Under the pieces are notes generated by a model, which was given only the letters and a program-made list of their open reading frames with translations, was not told where the DNA came from and made no database searches. From positions 56,854,001-56,918,000 of the forward strand of contig NC_043004.1 in the NCBI RefSeq assembly GCF_006345805.1: DNA of 64,000 bases. Reading direction: 5' to 3'. A program made the translations under genes and the position numbers. This DNA comes from Octopus sinensis (lineage: Eukaryota). Positions 41,461-55,267 of the stretch are shown one piece after another; position 1 is the first letter of the stretch; every line of letters starts with the position of its first letter.

Positions 41461-42736
41461 TGAATTAAGATGTCCCTGTACGTAGGTAATTCTCTTTCAA
41501 TGTCCATCTTAATAATTTGAAACTAGTTAGTTTTTATATACCTTTGCAAAAACCATAGATATGCTAGACCTCATTCGCCATACATTCGCATATAATCTTA
41601 TCTAAGAAAGACACATATAATCTTTTACAACAAATTTCTGCCATTGGTTCCGTTGTTTGTCCTATTTATCATCATGTTAGCTGATCTGAGATGAAAGGAA
41701 TTTCAGTTGTGACTATATTATCATTTTTTTCCTTAAACAATACACATACATAGTTAGATCACTCATATATGTTTATTTTATGCTATACTAAATTGTGATT
41801 GAAGGAGATATACCTATCATTTCAAGCACGTTAAACCACCATGTAGTGCTACTCTCGTTTCTTAACCCTACGGTAATGTTGCTTGCTCATGTGTTTCAAT
41901 CAATCACTTTTCGACTTATACGGACCAGGATTTTATATTACTACAACATCACGCATTAACCTAAGGCTAGTGAGCAAGTTATATATCTTCAGACTTCCTA
42001 TTACTTGATTAATATGTAGCACAACTTACCTATCTCAGGAATTATTATTACAATCTTCTATTTTGGCAATTGTTGCTTTCTTGTGGCGAGTGTTTAAGAC
42101 TTATTTAAGACTGACACGAAAGTCTTCCAATAATTTTATTGAACAAATGGCAAATGTTCAATATAGCTTTTGCCATTTCCCTCTTGTTCTGTAATTAGAA
42201 TAAACGTAAAGAGAAACATAGCTAAACTCGCCCTCGTCTTCCCCGTAATTTGCAAAACCCACAGCATCCGTGCAACCAACAAAATGACTATCATGACAAC
42301 TACCCTTCTTCACCTCTTCCTTCTGCTCTTTCTCCTCCACCTCCATTTCATCGAAATCATCATCGAAATTCTGTTCATCAAAAATCCTTAGGAATATATT
42401 GGGCAATACGAAGCCAATAAATTAAATAAATTTTATTTCTAAACACTTCAGTTTTGTACCCAAATTTATAAATTTATCTGTGTCTTCATTTCACAGAGAT
42501 ATAAATGCCAAAATCTTATTTGATAATATTTCAGAATCTTAGGGTAATTCGTTGAGAAATATGAATACATGGCATATATTATTGTTATTATTATTATCAT
42601 TATTATTTTTTTTTCTTTCAAATTTGCTTCCATTTCTTGCCGAGTGTCTTCCCGACTCCTAGGGCAAAGAAACTCATATTATACATTGGTAGGCCATTAA
42701 ACTAAACTCACTAGTTCGTTCATTTTATTATTATAC

Positions 42737-42788
<52 letters not shown>

Positions 42789-43076
42789 GTGACGACTCTC
42801 TTTCAATAGATTTCTTGAGTCTTAAAGAAAAGCTACTTATAGGGAGCTTAACAATTTCATGTTATAAAAACAACCATCAGACAGTAAATTATTTTGGTTT
42901 TCCAGCTCAGACACACACGTACACGCAATCCACTCCCTTACACACTCATACACAAAACACGGCGCATCACATTACACACGTATGTATGTATATATATATA
43001 TATCATGCTGAATAAAAAGTAAGCAACATTTTGAAACATGAGATTAATCAAAATATATTCCAACAATGCGGAAATT

Positions 43077-43268
43077 TTATTCATCAAAGTGAGTACCATT
43101 ACAATCAACAAATTTTTGCCAACAAGTTATAAGTTTGTTTATCCCAGTAACATAAAAATATGGAGTTCTGATGCTGATGAAATCTTTGAGTGCTCTTTCA
43201 GCATTAGTTTGATTTTTCAACTCCTCTCGCAGGAAACCATCAAGTTGCTTGAAAAAGTGATAATCGGT
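43077..43268 (-). pseudogene. Mariner transposase C-terminal relic
   Basis: TDYHFFKQLDGFLREELKNQTNAERALKDFISIRTPYFYVTGINKLITCWQKFVDCNGTHFDE*, a Hsmar1/SETMAR-like C-terminus. Confidence 0.88.
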
Positions 43269-43664
43269 GGTGTATGTATCTAAGTATATTTGTACCAGGA
43301 ATAGTTAGCAATCGTACTCAGATTGCTATATCTATTGCAAAAACCGAAACTGAAGTGTACGATAGTGGTTCGTTAGAACTTTACCAGCCAAACGTAACCT
43401 TTGAAGAGCCTGTGTGGTACCGGATATAAGCACAATTATGTCTTTGACGCGCTTTTTCTGCGCACAATGACAACCATATATTCAGCAAATTTTAGCCTTT
43501 AATGGCAGACAGCAAACGGAAGGCATCAGACCTGACACAAAACAATAGTCCTCAGACAGTATCAGAAGCATTAGCTGGCCAGATGGTTGTCAGTTCGCCA
43601 AAACAATGGATGAGTGGACAAAGCAACACATAATGATCAGCTAACAACACGACAACGCAGAAAT

Positions 43665-43900
43665 ATAATTCATCAAAGTAAGTACCATTACAATCAAAAC
43701 ATTTTTACTAACGAGTTACAAGTTTGTTTATACCGGTAAAATAAAAATCTGGAGTTCTGGAGCAAAACTGGTCGAATGTCGCGCTTTCACAGTTCGATCT
43801 CAGATGATTGCAACAACGGTGAAAAAAGAAAAACAATGTTAATTTATTGATGCATTTGGGCAAGTCTATATCTGGATAATCAGCCAATTGCAAAAAATAT
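43665..43900 (-). pseudogene. Second mariner transposase C-terminal relic
   Basis: FDQFCSRTPDFYFTGINKLVTR**KCFDCNGTYFDE. Confidence 0.8.
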
Positions 43901-44417
43901 TTTAAAACAATTCAAAACTCTGCAAAAATCCGCTACAAATTCTTCATGGTTCAAAACATTGATATATATATATATATATACATACATACATACATGTTCC
44001 TGAATATGTTCTTCTACGTGATCACACACTTTTCCTTGTCTCTCCTCTCTTCCGCACGTCTTCCTCCACCGTATTCCCGATCCGCTCCCCTCCTGGATCT
44101 AGGCTTAAAATGGTTTCCTCTTTACATACTATATGCTAGCGTAGCATTTTCACTCTCTCACTGAATTTGGGTCGGTAGAATCAAAATGGCTCATTTGTCT
44201 TGTTATTGAGATGTTCAAAATGCTTCACTCTTACATGTAACAACCCCATAAAAACTTTTTTTTGCATTATGTAATACTTTTTTTCATCATTCAAACACGT
44301 CTGAAACAGCTGTAGTGATCCACAATTCATCTGTTATTGTTTATCATTCACACACACACATAAACACATACCCATGCACATGCAACCATTTTTATGCTTC
44401 ATTTTATATCTATACTC

Positions 44418-45090
44418 CACCGAGGTCGATTTAGTCTTTCATCTTTCGAAGGCGATAAATTAAATACCAGTTGCGTACTGGGGTCGATCTAATCTACTGG
44501 CCGGCTCTCCCAAATTTCGAGCCTTGTGCCTAGAATAGAAAAGGTTATATATCTACACTTCCTGCTGTTTTCTCACTGATTGCACCACTTTTCCCTTTCT
44601 CTCCTGGGTACCCTTCAAGTTCACCATTTGACATATTCATTTGTAACTAAATATTGCTTTCAAATTTTGGCACGAGGCCAGCAATTTTGGGGAGAGGGAG
44701 TAAGTCGACTTCATCAACCCCAATGTTCAGCTGGTATGTATTTAATCGACTCTGAAAAATATGAAAGCCAAAATCGGCCACGGTGGAATTTGAAATCAGA
44801 ACGTAAGGACGAACGAAATGTCAAGCCGTACTTTGCCCGGTTTACTAACAATTATGTCAGCTCGCCGCCATATTAATATTGATTTAAATTTTGGCACGAG
44901 GCCCGTATTACTGGGAGAGGAGTAAATCGATTACATTAACCCCGAAGCTCAACTGGTTCTTATTTTATCGACCCCGAAGTGACGAAAGTCAAAGTCGACC
45001 TCGGGAGAATTTGAACTCAGAACGTAAAGACGGACGAAATGCCGCTAAGTATTTTCTCCGGCGTGCTAACAATTTTTCAAGCTCGCCGCT
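44418..45090. mobile_element. Three Deu/Nin-like SINE copies
   Basis: Partial plus copy at 44418-44545, and tandem minus copies at 44655-44870 and 44885-45090 ending in agctcgccgc. Confidence 0.8.
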
Positions 45091-45252
45091 TTATTTATCA
45101 CTAAATATTGAAATCTTTAATGAGAACGAAAAAAAAACCGATGTGTATGCATAATATACGCAGAGTTTGTCTTCAACATGAGAAACTATTAGGTTTATAT
45201 AAAGAATATAAAGAATATATTAGTTTTATATAAAAAATATATAAAGAATATA

Positions 45253-45405
45253 GGCGTTGGAGTGGCTGTGTGGTAAGTAGCTTGTTTACCAACCGGGTTC
45301 AGTCCCACTGCGTGGCACCTTGGGCATGTGTCTTCTACTATAGCTTCGGGCCGACCAAAGACTTGTGAGTGGATTTTGTAGACGGAAACTGAAAGAAGCC
45401 TGTCG

Positions 45406-45476
<71 letters not shown>

Positions 45477-45690
45477 ATGTGCGAGTGTGTCTGTGTTTGT
45501 CTCCCAGCATCGCTTGACAACCGATGCTGGTGAGCATATGTCTCTGTAACTTAGCGGTTTGGCAAAAGAGACCGATAGAATAAGTAGTAGACTTACAAGG
45601 AATAAGTCCTGGGGTCGATTTGCTCGACCAAAGGCGGTGCTCCAGCATGGTCGCAGTCAAATGTCTGAAACAAGTAAAATAGTAAAGAGT
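45253..45690 (+). mobile_element. Full-length OK-like SINE
   Basis: Family head, body and tail motifs are present. Confidence 0.9.
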
Positions 45691-45849
45691 AAAGAGAGAG
45701 TGGGCTCACACCTCACACGCGTACACATGTTCAAATACAAACATACTCACACGCACGCACATATGATATAGAGAAAGGAAATACGTTTGTGAAATTAGAG
45801 AAAACAGTAATAGCTTTTCCAACACACGGACAACATTTCTTCTTAACGA

Positions 45850-46075
45850 TAACAGTATTAATGATGAAGATGATGATGATTGTAATGATGATGATGATGA
45901 TCATGATCATCATGATGACGACAACGACGATCAAAATCATGATGACGTTGTTGATTGTGATAGTGAGAACAATGATGATTGCAATTATGATCCTGGTGAT
46001 GTTTATCAAAACAGTATTAATAACGTTTATGATGACATTGATCATGATGATGAGACGATGGTAATGAGATGATAG

Positions 46076-46108
<33 letters not shown>

Positions 46109-46140
46109 GAAGTAGGAGGGGAGGAGGAGGAGGAGGGTAA
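45850..46140. repeat. Degenerate (GAT)n then (GGA)n trinucleotide tract
   Basis: Direct inspection. It explains the Met/Ile-rich ORFs. Confidence 0.9.
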
Positions 46141-46654
46141 GCGAAAGAGGTTGAGAGATTCGGAAGGGTAGAAAGAAGGGTAAGGTGAAGATAATACTGT
46201 GATATAAAATTGCAATTAATCGGAAAGGAAAAGATGAATGGTGGTACCACCGACGATATTAATGTCGTATTTGTTTTCTGCACCGACAGTTTATAATTTC
46301 CTAAAGTGATAGATTACCAAAAGATATGTAAGCTGTTTTCCCCCCTTTATTACGACAGTATTCATACAAAGGTTTGCTCTGTGCTAACATCAATCGAAGT
46401 CACTCTAGACGTATAATGTTTAGTATTTGAGTTTTAATAACTTCCATCTTGCTATCAATTTGAAGCGCCACCAATGGGCTAGCTTATTATTACTTTAAAA
46501 GAAATAATTATGACCAAGTTCCTCCAAAACATATATCTCTAAACTTATATTATTCAAGCAAACATAAAATAGAAAATAAAAGTTACAGAGTTACAGTAAT
46601 ATGTAACACACAGAGACATATATACGTGACTCTCTCTTTCTATTTGTCTCCCTG

Positions 46655-46729
<75 letters not shown>

Positions 46730-46864
46730 ATGTGTGCGTGTGTGTGTGTGCGCGCGCGCGTGTGTGTGTGCATATGCATTTATAAATATTTTATAGATAA
46801 AGGCAAATTGAAAGCAATATATATAGACCGATATGTTTTTCGTGTACATATGAATATATTTGTG

Positions 46865-46932
<68 letters not shown>

Positions 46933-47862
46933 TGTGTGTGTGTGAATGTGTGTGTGTATGTATATGTATATGTTCCTGTAGGAAGATATATGTGTATACT
47001 ACTGAAACATTGTAAGTCTGTCAAGCATTTTAATAAATATTTCGTTTAATGTTTCTGATGGAACATCCGTTCTGTTATATATGAGTTTTAATGTGTTATC
47101 CTTGCTGACAGTAGAATAAATATTTACTCACCTTTCGTCTACGCATATATCCATCTTCAGAGAGATTGTTTTTTTCAGGTAATGAATTAGTAAGGAAAGA
47201 GTTGAGCATACAAGCCAGCCGGTTCATTTCCGAAATTAATATCATATTTAACTTTGTTACTCCGGCAGCCTCTTAGCACCAATGTGTCATAGACAAGTGT
47301 ATAAAACTGACATGTATTTCTGTACACCTAGTTTTGTAGTTTTAGGCGTTACGCACCACTTATTTCGAAACGTCTTCGTCGTCAATGACGGATTCACTGC
47401 CTTCTAATCATTCTGACACTGCAATTCTAAACCTTCAGTGCGGACCTTAATCTATATTATTCTACACAGATTAAAAAGATGGCATCATCATCACCGAGTT
47501 CAACCGGATTAAGTCGATCGACACTGCTCCTTTGACTAAAATGTCATATTACCAATAGTTGCAAATAGTACTCGTAACTAACTACAATTTATTTATAACG
47601 CATTTTCCTCGCACAATACACAGACATATTTGCAGGGTTTATAATTGCAGATGTTACGCAGTTTGACATGTTAAAATGAAAACCTATCTATTCTTTTAAT
47701 GATGCATTGACATTTGCAACTACTCTGAAGACGGATATTTGTGCAAACCAAAGCAATGAAATGTTTCGCATCATATTTAAAATACCTTTCTATATAAAAA
47801 ACGAAGCCGCCGATATCTATCTATCTATCTATCTATCTATTTATCTATCTCACACACACGCC

Positions 47863-47916
<54 letters not shown>

Positions 47917-47940
47917 GCACACATGCATTTATATATACAA

Positions 47941-48000
<60 letters not shown>

Positions 48001-49216
48001 TTATATGTGTGTGTATACACTCATACATATATATGTGTTTGTGTTGACGTCCGTGCATGTGTGTGTGCGAGAGAGAGAATGCGTGTGTGTGCGTGAAAAC
48101 TACTGTGACAAATTGCCTGAGGATAACACTTCTTTCTCTCATCATAAAAGAAGTTATCATAATATAGATGGCTGTTTCATTCGACCAGTTTTTAATCACA
48201 AAATTATTTACTTTCGTTTTAAATAACAAAATCAATATTTCAAGAAAGAACCATTGTAAGTTGTTGACTTATATATTAACATCATATAAGAAATGTTTAT
48301 TGGGATACTTGAATGTCCTGAACTGAGGTAACAAAATGTGACAATCTATTTATCTTTTTCTAAACTGAACACCAAACAATATCTCTTGTGAATATATTCT
48401 GTCTTTACATAATATTAGTCTATCATGATGGCGTAATAAGTATATTACATAATATCTAATTCCAAAATGAAACATGATTAAATGTATTTCATTTCATGGC
48501 TAAAGGGAATAAGAAACAAGACATTGCTTGAAAATATTATGAGATGTACAGATATTTTATCAAGAGTAAATTCCAACTTTCATGGTTCTTAACCAACGAT
48601 TATTGTTTCTTACTCGTTAACAATAACAATGCAAACATCCATATAATGAAATCGATTAGTTTGGCAAATATAGAGGACAAATGAAAGTTAAACATAGAAT
48701 ATCAGATTTAAAAAAATAATGATAGCAAACAATGTTCTGTAACTTTTCTTGGACATCGGTTCTATCTGCTTGCCCGATCATATTTCTCAAAAATGCACCG
48801 TGATTTGACGAGATGCATTTCATCGTTTTTAGTTTTGGGTTTTCAGACAGACAATTTCAAATATAATGGATGTTTTTCTTTTCTGGGCAGTAATAGCAAA
48901 ATTTACTTTAGTGATGCTCTATTAAATGATACAGTTGTTACGAAACATGATTTATTGCTACTTTTATTAAACAGACAAACACTTTTACCTTTGTTACAAA
49001 GTAGTGCAATTTCCCTTCTGTTCGTTTCTCATCATTCATTATATTTCAGGAATATTGCTATATCACATTCAATATTAATGTTTAGTTATAGAGTTTTAAA
49101 ACAATCTATGTTAATGTTGACACTAGGGAATGCATAATTAAGTTGCATGAAGAGAAAGCTTTTACTTATTTTAACAACAACGAGAGGGTGAGACAAACAG
49201 AGTAACATACAGACAA

Positions 49217-49248
<32 letters not shown>

Positions 49249-50268
49249 AAAAGAGAAAGAGAGTAAGTTAGTCTGAGAACGGGAGGGAGGGAGAGAGAGA
49301 ATGAGAGAAATGAGTTGACTTCATTACTGGATTTATCGAATCCGAAAGGAGTACGAAGGTGAAATTTAAATTAAGAACGCAGAGAGCAGGAAGGAATATC
49401 AAAACTGATTCTATTGGATGTAGAGGGTTTGTAGGACACAGCGTGAGATGACTGTTGTTATCGCTAGGCCTAACTCATCGTAAAGTCAATACCAACATGA
49501 CTGATATCCATCTAGGTGGAGAAGGGAGCACCACTGGATTTGGTTTAAAAGAGACGATGAGCGATGGCTAGAAGTATATTGAGTTCTTCATAACCAGCTG
49601 ATCTAGCAAGTAGGGCCTCATATCAGTGAGGGGGGCCGGTGTGCATTGATGCCGTCGAGAGGTAGGCCCCGAAACGGCGCACATTCTCTCCTGATGACCC
49701 CATACACTTGCTAGCTTCCGATATACGGAGCTTTTAACTGGCAGCACTTGCATGTGCAAGTTGTTTGCAAGACATATAACGATTCTACCAATCCACTGTT
49801 ATAGATTTTGACACGCAGGGGAAGAAAGCATCAACACATTAGGGACATACAATGCTTCAGTTTTCCCTAATATGCTTGTTGTGAACTTGGCCTGGCGAAG
49901 GCATGGGTGTGTGGTTTAAAAGCATGTATCACAACTACGTGTTTTGGGATTCAGTCATGAGTATGTGTCATCCGATATAACCCGGTGCCGAGAGAAACTT
50001 GAGTGTGGATTTTGTAGCTTTCAAGTTTTTAGAAATAGATGTTAAAATGCCATTTTCAACTAAAAAAAATCTCAGAGTATGTTTGTCATGCAAACCGTGA
50101 AATCAATTGATATTAAAATATACATTACTTACTGATGTATTCAACGCAAAGTAAGCCTATTTCTCATACGTTCATTGCATTGATCTTGTATCGTGAGCTT
50201 CTGGTGGTTTTGGAGCATTGCCTCTGATTTAGCAAGTGGTATTATATACCCTACTGAATCTATGTATC

Positions 50269-50300
<32 letters not shown>

Positions 50301-50325
50301 TGTATGTATCTATCTCTTTCTATCC

Positions 50326-50367
<42 letters not shown>

Positions 50368-50609
50368 ATATATATATGTGCGTGTGTGTATAAACTTAGA
50401 TAAACTTAGATATGTTTCGACCAAAGATTGGTCCAGGCCATGTCTAACTTAATAGCACCACCTGATAGGATTATTCGAATCCTGTTTCAGTCAAGTTTTG
50501 TTTAAGTCAAGTTTTGTTCAAGTAGTGAGTTCTTGTCGGGTGAGTTGTATCCTATTATGGGTGGCTTATCTGGTATTCTTTGATATATATATATATATAT
50601 ATTTATATA

Positions 50610-50640
<31 letters not shown>

Positions 50641-50813
50641 GTGTGTGTATGTATATATATGTGTGTGTGTGTATATATATATTTATATATATATATATAT
50701 ATACATACATATATATACATATACATACACACACACACACACGCACGCACACACACACACATACACACACACATATATATAATCTATATATATATATATA
50801 TATATTATATATG

Positions 50814-51547
50814 AATTAGTAATGCAATACTAGAGTATGCTTTCAGTAAAAAATAGCCCGTGAGGGAAAAATACACAAAGTAGTAAATATATGGCACAAC
50901 GAAGTACCGATATTTACTGGAAATAGCGAACGTAATAACGATGCTAATGAATAGCTTCACCGCGTATGTATTAGCAAACATGCGTGTGTGCAACAAACTA
51001 GAAAAAATTGTCTTACCCCAGGAGAACATCTGAAAGATGAAATACCTGGAAAAGGATAATGTGGGACCTGCAGGTTTCAGATTTTACAAGATATGTCTGC
51101 CACCATAATCTTGTTCTATCTTCATCAGCCAAGCATATACATGACAAAATCTCAGATATTACCACATTAAACCCATACACTCGACTGAACGCCGAAAAGC
51201 CAACAGCACGAAAACGGTGAAGAAGCTTCAATAAATTAGTAATGCAATACTAGAGTATTGCTTTCAGTAAAATAGCCCGTGAGGGAAAAATACACAAAGT
51301 AGTAAATATATGGCACAACGAAGTACCGATATTTACTGGAAATAGCGAACGTAAAAATACGACGCTAAGTATAGCTTCACGCGTATGTATTAGCAAAAAT
51401 GCGTGTGTGCAACAACTAGAAAAAATTGTCTTACCTCCAGGGGAAAACATCTGAAAGATGAAATACTATACATTAGCGACGTATTATTACGTTCGCTATT
51501 TCCAATAAATATCGGTACTTCGTTGTGCCATATATTTACTACTTTGT
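50814..51547 (-). mobile_element. Retrozyme-like non-coding element: 420-nt unit, about 1.55 copies, plus inverted 5' fragment
   Basis: 50814-51045 is repeated at 51234-51466 (offset 420), an HHR lies between them, 51471-51547 is an inverted piece, and both ends abut (TA)n. Confidence 0.75.
51059..51136 (-). ncRNA. Type I hammerhead ribozyme with full consensus core
   Basis: ATG(CT)TGG-CTGATGA-AGAT-aga-ACAAGAT-loop-ATCTTGT-aaa-ATCT-GAAAC-CTGCAG-GTC|CCACAT. Predicted cleavage is between 51065 and 51064. Confidence 0.85.
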
Positions 51548-51561
51548 ATATATATATATAG

Positions 51562-51594
<33 letters not shown>

Positions 51595-51691
51595 ATATGA
51601 AGGGAAAGTTATGAAAATAAACAAAAGGCGAAGGCAGGTGGAGTACAAACAAATGTATTAGTATAGCACTCAGGAATAGAAATAGAAAAAG

Positions 51692-51729
51692 TCTTTTACG
51701 TTTCGAGCCTACGCTCTTCGACAGAAAGA
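51692..51729 (-). ncRNA. Minimal hammerhead motif with A6U core variant
   Basis: TCTTT-CTGTCGA-A-GAGC-gtag-GCTC-GAAAC-GTA|AAAGA, with perfect stems I and II. Confidence 0.7.
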
Positions 51730-52344
51730 TACACAGAAAAAAAATAAGGAGAGAAAACAATGAGTGTAGGAGCTAACGATCTACAATGTGTCGAATGTGT
51801 GACCGCTTGGAGAACATCTCTATTGCGGATCCGTATGTACATGTTATATTTGCATGCTATATGCATAACAAATGAAAATGCTGGAAAATATTTTATGCGC
51901 GCCTTTGTGTCAGTGTTTGCTTCTCCACACAGCTTTCTCATCGATGTTTGCTTCTTTACTTCCCCGAAGCTTACCAGTTTAGCAAAATGTACCCACCAGA
52001 AATGTAAATAAGTACCAGAATAAAAATAAGTATTGTGGTCGATGAATTTGGCTAATACACTTCAAAGATGTTTTCCAGTGTGGCCGACGTCCCAGGACTG
52101 AAAAATGTGCAAGATGTATAAGAATATCATCTGTTAGTCGTGAAATTTCATCAGTGTCTCCATCTAACATTCTTCATTCAGTAGGCAAACAATATTCCGT
52201 GAACTGGAAAAGTGATCATTCGAAAATAACCCGATCTGCATTGATACATACCATGCGAAAAATCTGCGTTGTTCTGCATTATTAAAACATTTAGAGAAAC
52301 GTTGTCAAGAACATTCAGATTAATAATAACATTGTGTAACACAA

Positions 52345-52620
52345 TTTTTGCCTTAGGTAACAACTGTTATTTCCTATTTGCTTATCCCTAAAAAGTGTGA
52401 AAAAAGGCAAATATTTCTTTCGAAGTTTGCTTTTGTTACATTTATTCAAGTCCCAGAGGGACCTTCTCTACACATGGTTATAACGCTCCCCAATTACTCC
52501 TACTCATGATCAGAGATGCACTTATTGTCAACTCCTAGGAGACATGCTCAAGTGGTGAAGGTAAAGCAACTGAGAAGCAATTCTGTGCTACTGAGCAGAA
52601 TATTTTCTATAATTGTATCT
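52345..52620 (+). mobile_element. Interspersed repeat, same family as 37040-37330
   Basis: Shared motifs as described for that copy. Confidence 0.65.
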
Positions 52621-53415
52621 ACTTCTGTAACTCATCGTTGAATCTGTTTGAAATGTAATGGAAAATAGGTCAGTTTCAAAACGTTGATTTCCAGGACACG
52701 AAAAGCAAAGTGTGAAGGGAATACTAGTCATATCCTTTGTTTTCTTGATAGAAGCCAATATGAAATGATACTTACTGGCGAAAGACCTCAATAAATGAAT
52801 AAAATTTCTATTACAGAGTGTAATCAGGCAACTAGGGTTATATATCCAAACTAACATCTGCTTCATTATCTCTCTAACCTTTAAGTATCCGTAAACACCA
52901 AAGATGACAATTACACCAGAAAGATGTTGTATGAATGCCTTCGTGTCACTAGGTACAAGGTATGATGTGGAGTTATAATACTACTCTATAAACAATTCAC
53001 ATAAATATTTGGCCCAGAAAAAGAAAGACCAGAAGTCACACTGATATGGAAACCATACACATTTAGTACATTAAATCATACAGCTGCAATGTTAGTAAGA
53101 AAACATCTGCCAAAATGAAAGCGTAATACAGAAAAAAAGAGCAGCGTGGCTTGAATGAATAAAAGAGATCAATAAAATGGAAGGTCAAGGTTTATTACGA
53201 AAATGCCATTACAATACATTTATGGAACTGCAGGAATATGTAAAATTTTCCAGACTGAACGTCTGGAGAATATAACAATAGACATGCTGACATAAGTCAA
53301 AACATAGAGATTTGCAAAGCTAATGTTATGCAGATATACGAACACTCACGCATATCAATGTTCATGCATACATACTAGGATGTATGCGTGCATACATGCA
53401 TAAATACGTTCATGC

Positions 53416-53446
<31 letters not shown>

Positions 53447-53480
53447 GGTATATATGTAACTCTCTCTCTCTCTCTCTAAT

Positions 53481-53526
<46 letters not shown>

Positions 53527-55235
53527 CTTCTCAGTTGGCCAAATATCAATTAGGATGGAGGTTTGTAAAATAAACATGGCACTATCACTACAGGAAAAGA
53601 AATTTGAGGAAGATTACCAGAAAAATATGACACGAAGAATGCATTTCATAAATGATCAATGAGTCAATATTTTGGGGGTCTGCTTGGCTGTGAGGTGGAA
53701 AAACATACTCCACAACCGCGAGAACATGTGATCGATCGCTGCGTTACTCCACAGAGAAATGTTTTCAAACAAAGCCTCTAGGCTAATGCGGTGATTTCTT
53801 TGGTAGGATTTGGAAAAAGGACTGCGTGCAACAAGCCTGTCGTGTACACATACATTCACAAACACTCTCTCTGTCTCTCTCGCACAAAATCTTTAACTTG
53901 CATGTGTGTGTGTGTTTGTGTGTGTGCCGTGAATTTCGAGTAACAAACGCTTTGATCATATTTACAACATCTGATGCACAAAGACACTTTTTTATGGCCT
54001 ACCCCAAATTTACAAACATAAAACTGTACTTGACTCTTTAAATAGTCGAAAACAAAAAATAGTAAAATATCATCTCCAGAGATCTGAGTTAGTTAAAGCG
54101 GGTCATGTCCGTAAAAGACAGATTTAAAATGTTTGATATACTATTAAAGTATTAAATGCAAACTTGCATTTTGGGTATCGGAAAGTAGTGTGCCAAAATA
54201 CATTTATTGTTTAAGGTCGATTTATAGAGTTATATCACTCACGACTATGAAATTAGAGCCCTTAAACATTGTCTTGATGTATAAAAGTTTGTGCTACTAA
54301 TGGGAACTAGAGTTATCCCTTCTACTGCTATAAGAGAGATGAATTACCATGAGAAGAAAATGAATCTTTATAAATATTTGGAAGCATTATTTCGCAAAAA
54401 TTTATTTAACTGTTTCATTTATTGACAGAAATCTCATGATAAACTTATTGGACTTATAAATCTCATTGTCAGTAGAAATCCTCATTTAAAATTCACAATA
54501 GATTTTAACTAGAAAGAATAACCATTTTTAGATATTTTATTTGCATAGAGAGATGGCACGACAGAAGCAGGCATGTAATGTCAATGCACATGTTCAAAGC
54601 AGTATATTTTTTTTCAGGTTTTGTCATCTTAAACATACAAGATTGAATTTTTCATTATTTGCAATGTTGTATCGAATTTTTACAAAACATTAAGACGAAA
54701 GGGAGAAACTAAAAGCTGTCATTTCCACTTAGTTACAAATGAAACAGAAATCGCTAACTATGTAATTACTCCAGATAAAATGTAAAAACGAGGAAGCGTT
54801 GTAACGTAGATATCTACTTTTAACACTAGAAATACGGTATATACAAAATATACTAATTGTATATGAAAACAAACAAGGAAAATATTGTATATATATGTGT
54901 GTGGATGAGTGTTTGTGTGTGTGTGTGTGAATGTGTGTGTGTGTGAATGTGTGTGTGTATGCGCGTGCGTGTGTGTGTTTGTGTTGTTACTAGCGTGAAA
55001 GTTCAAATTTGCGTTTATGAAAAAGTATGTTTGAAAAGCAGTAGTGGTCGTAGTGTTCCTTTTACGTACCGTAATTATAGGGTTTTGGATGAATAGAAAA
55101 CGATATAATTTACCATAAGGCACGTTGGAACAACAGGGTTCATTAAAACATTGAAGACGGTACCAAAGTCAGAAAACACAAGAACAAGGTATATACAGAA
55201 ATGTACACATACATACATACCGATATACATACTAC

Positions 55236-55267
<32 letters not shown>

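Noticed and set aside
44300-44320. GAAACAGCTGTA half-motif
   Set aside because: No upstream CUGANGA was found.
49660-49705. GAAAC..CTGATGA as a type II hammerhead
   Set aside because: Stem III does not pair and no stem I hairpin can be formed.
50405-50450. GACCA/TGGTC-GAAAC-ATATC motif as a hammerhead
   Set aside because: The CUGANGA core is absent and stem I is not formed. At most it is a remnant.
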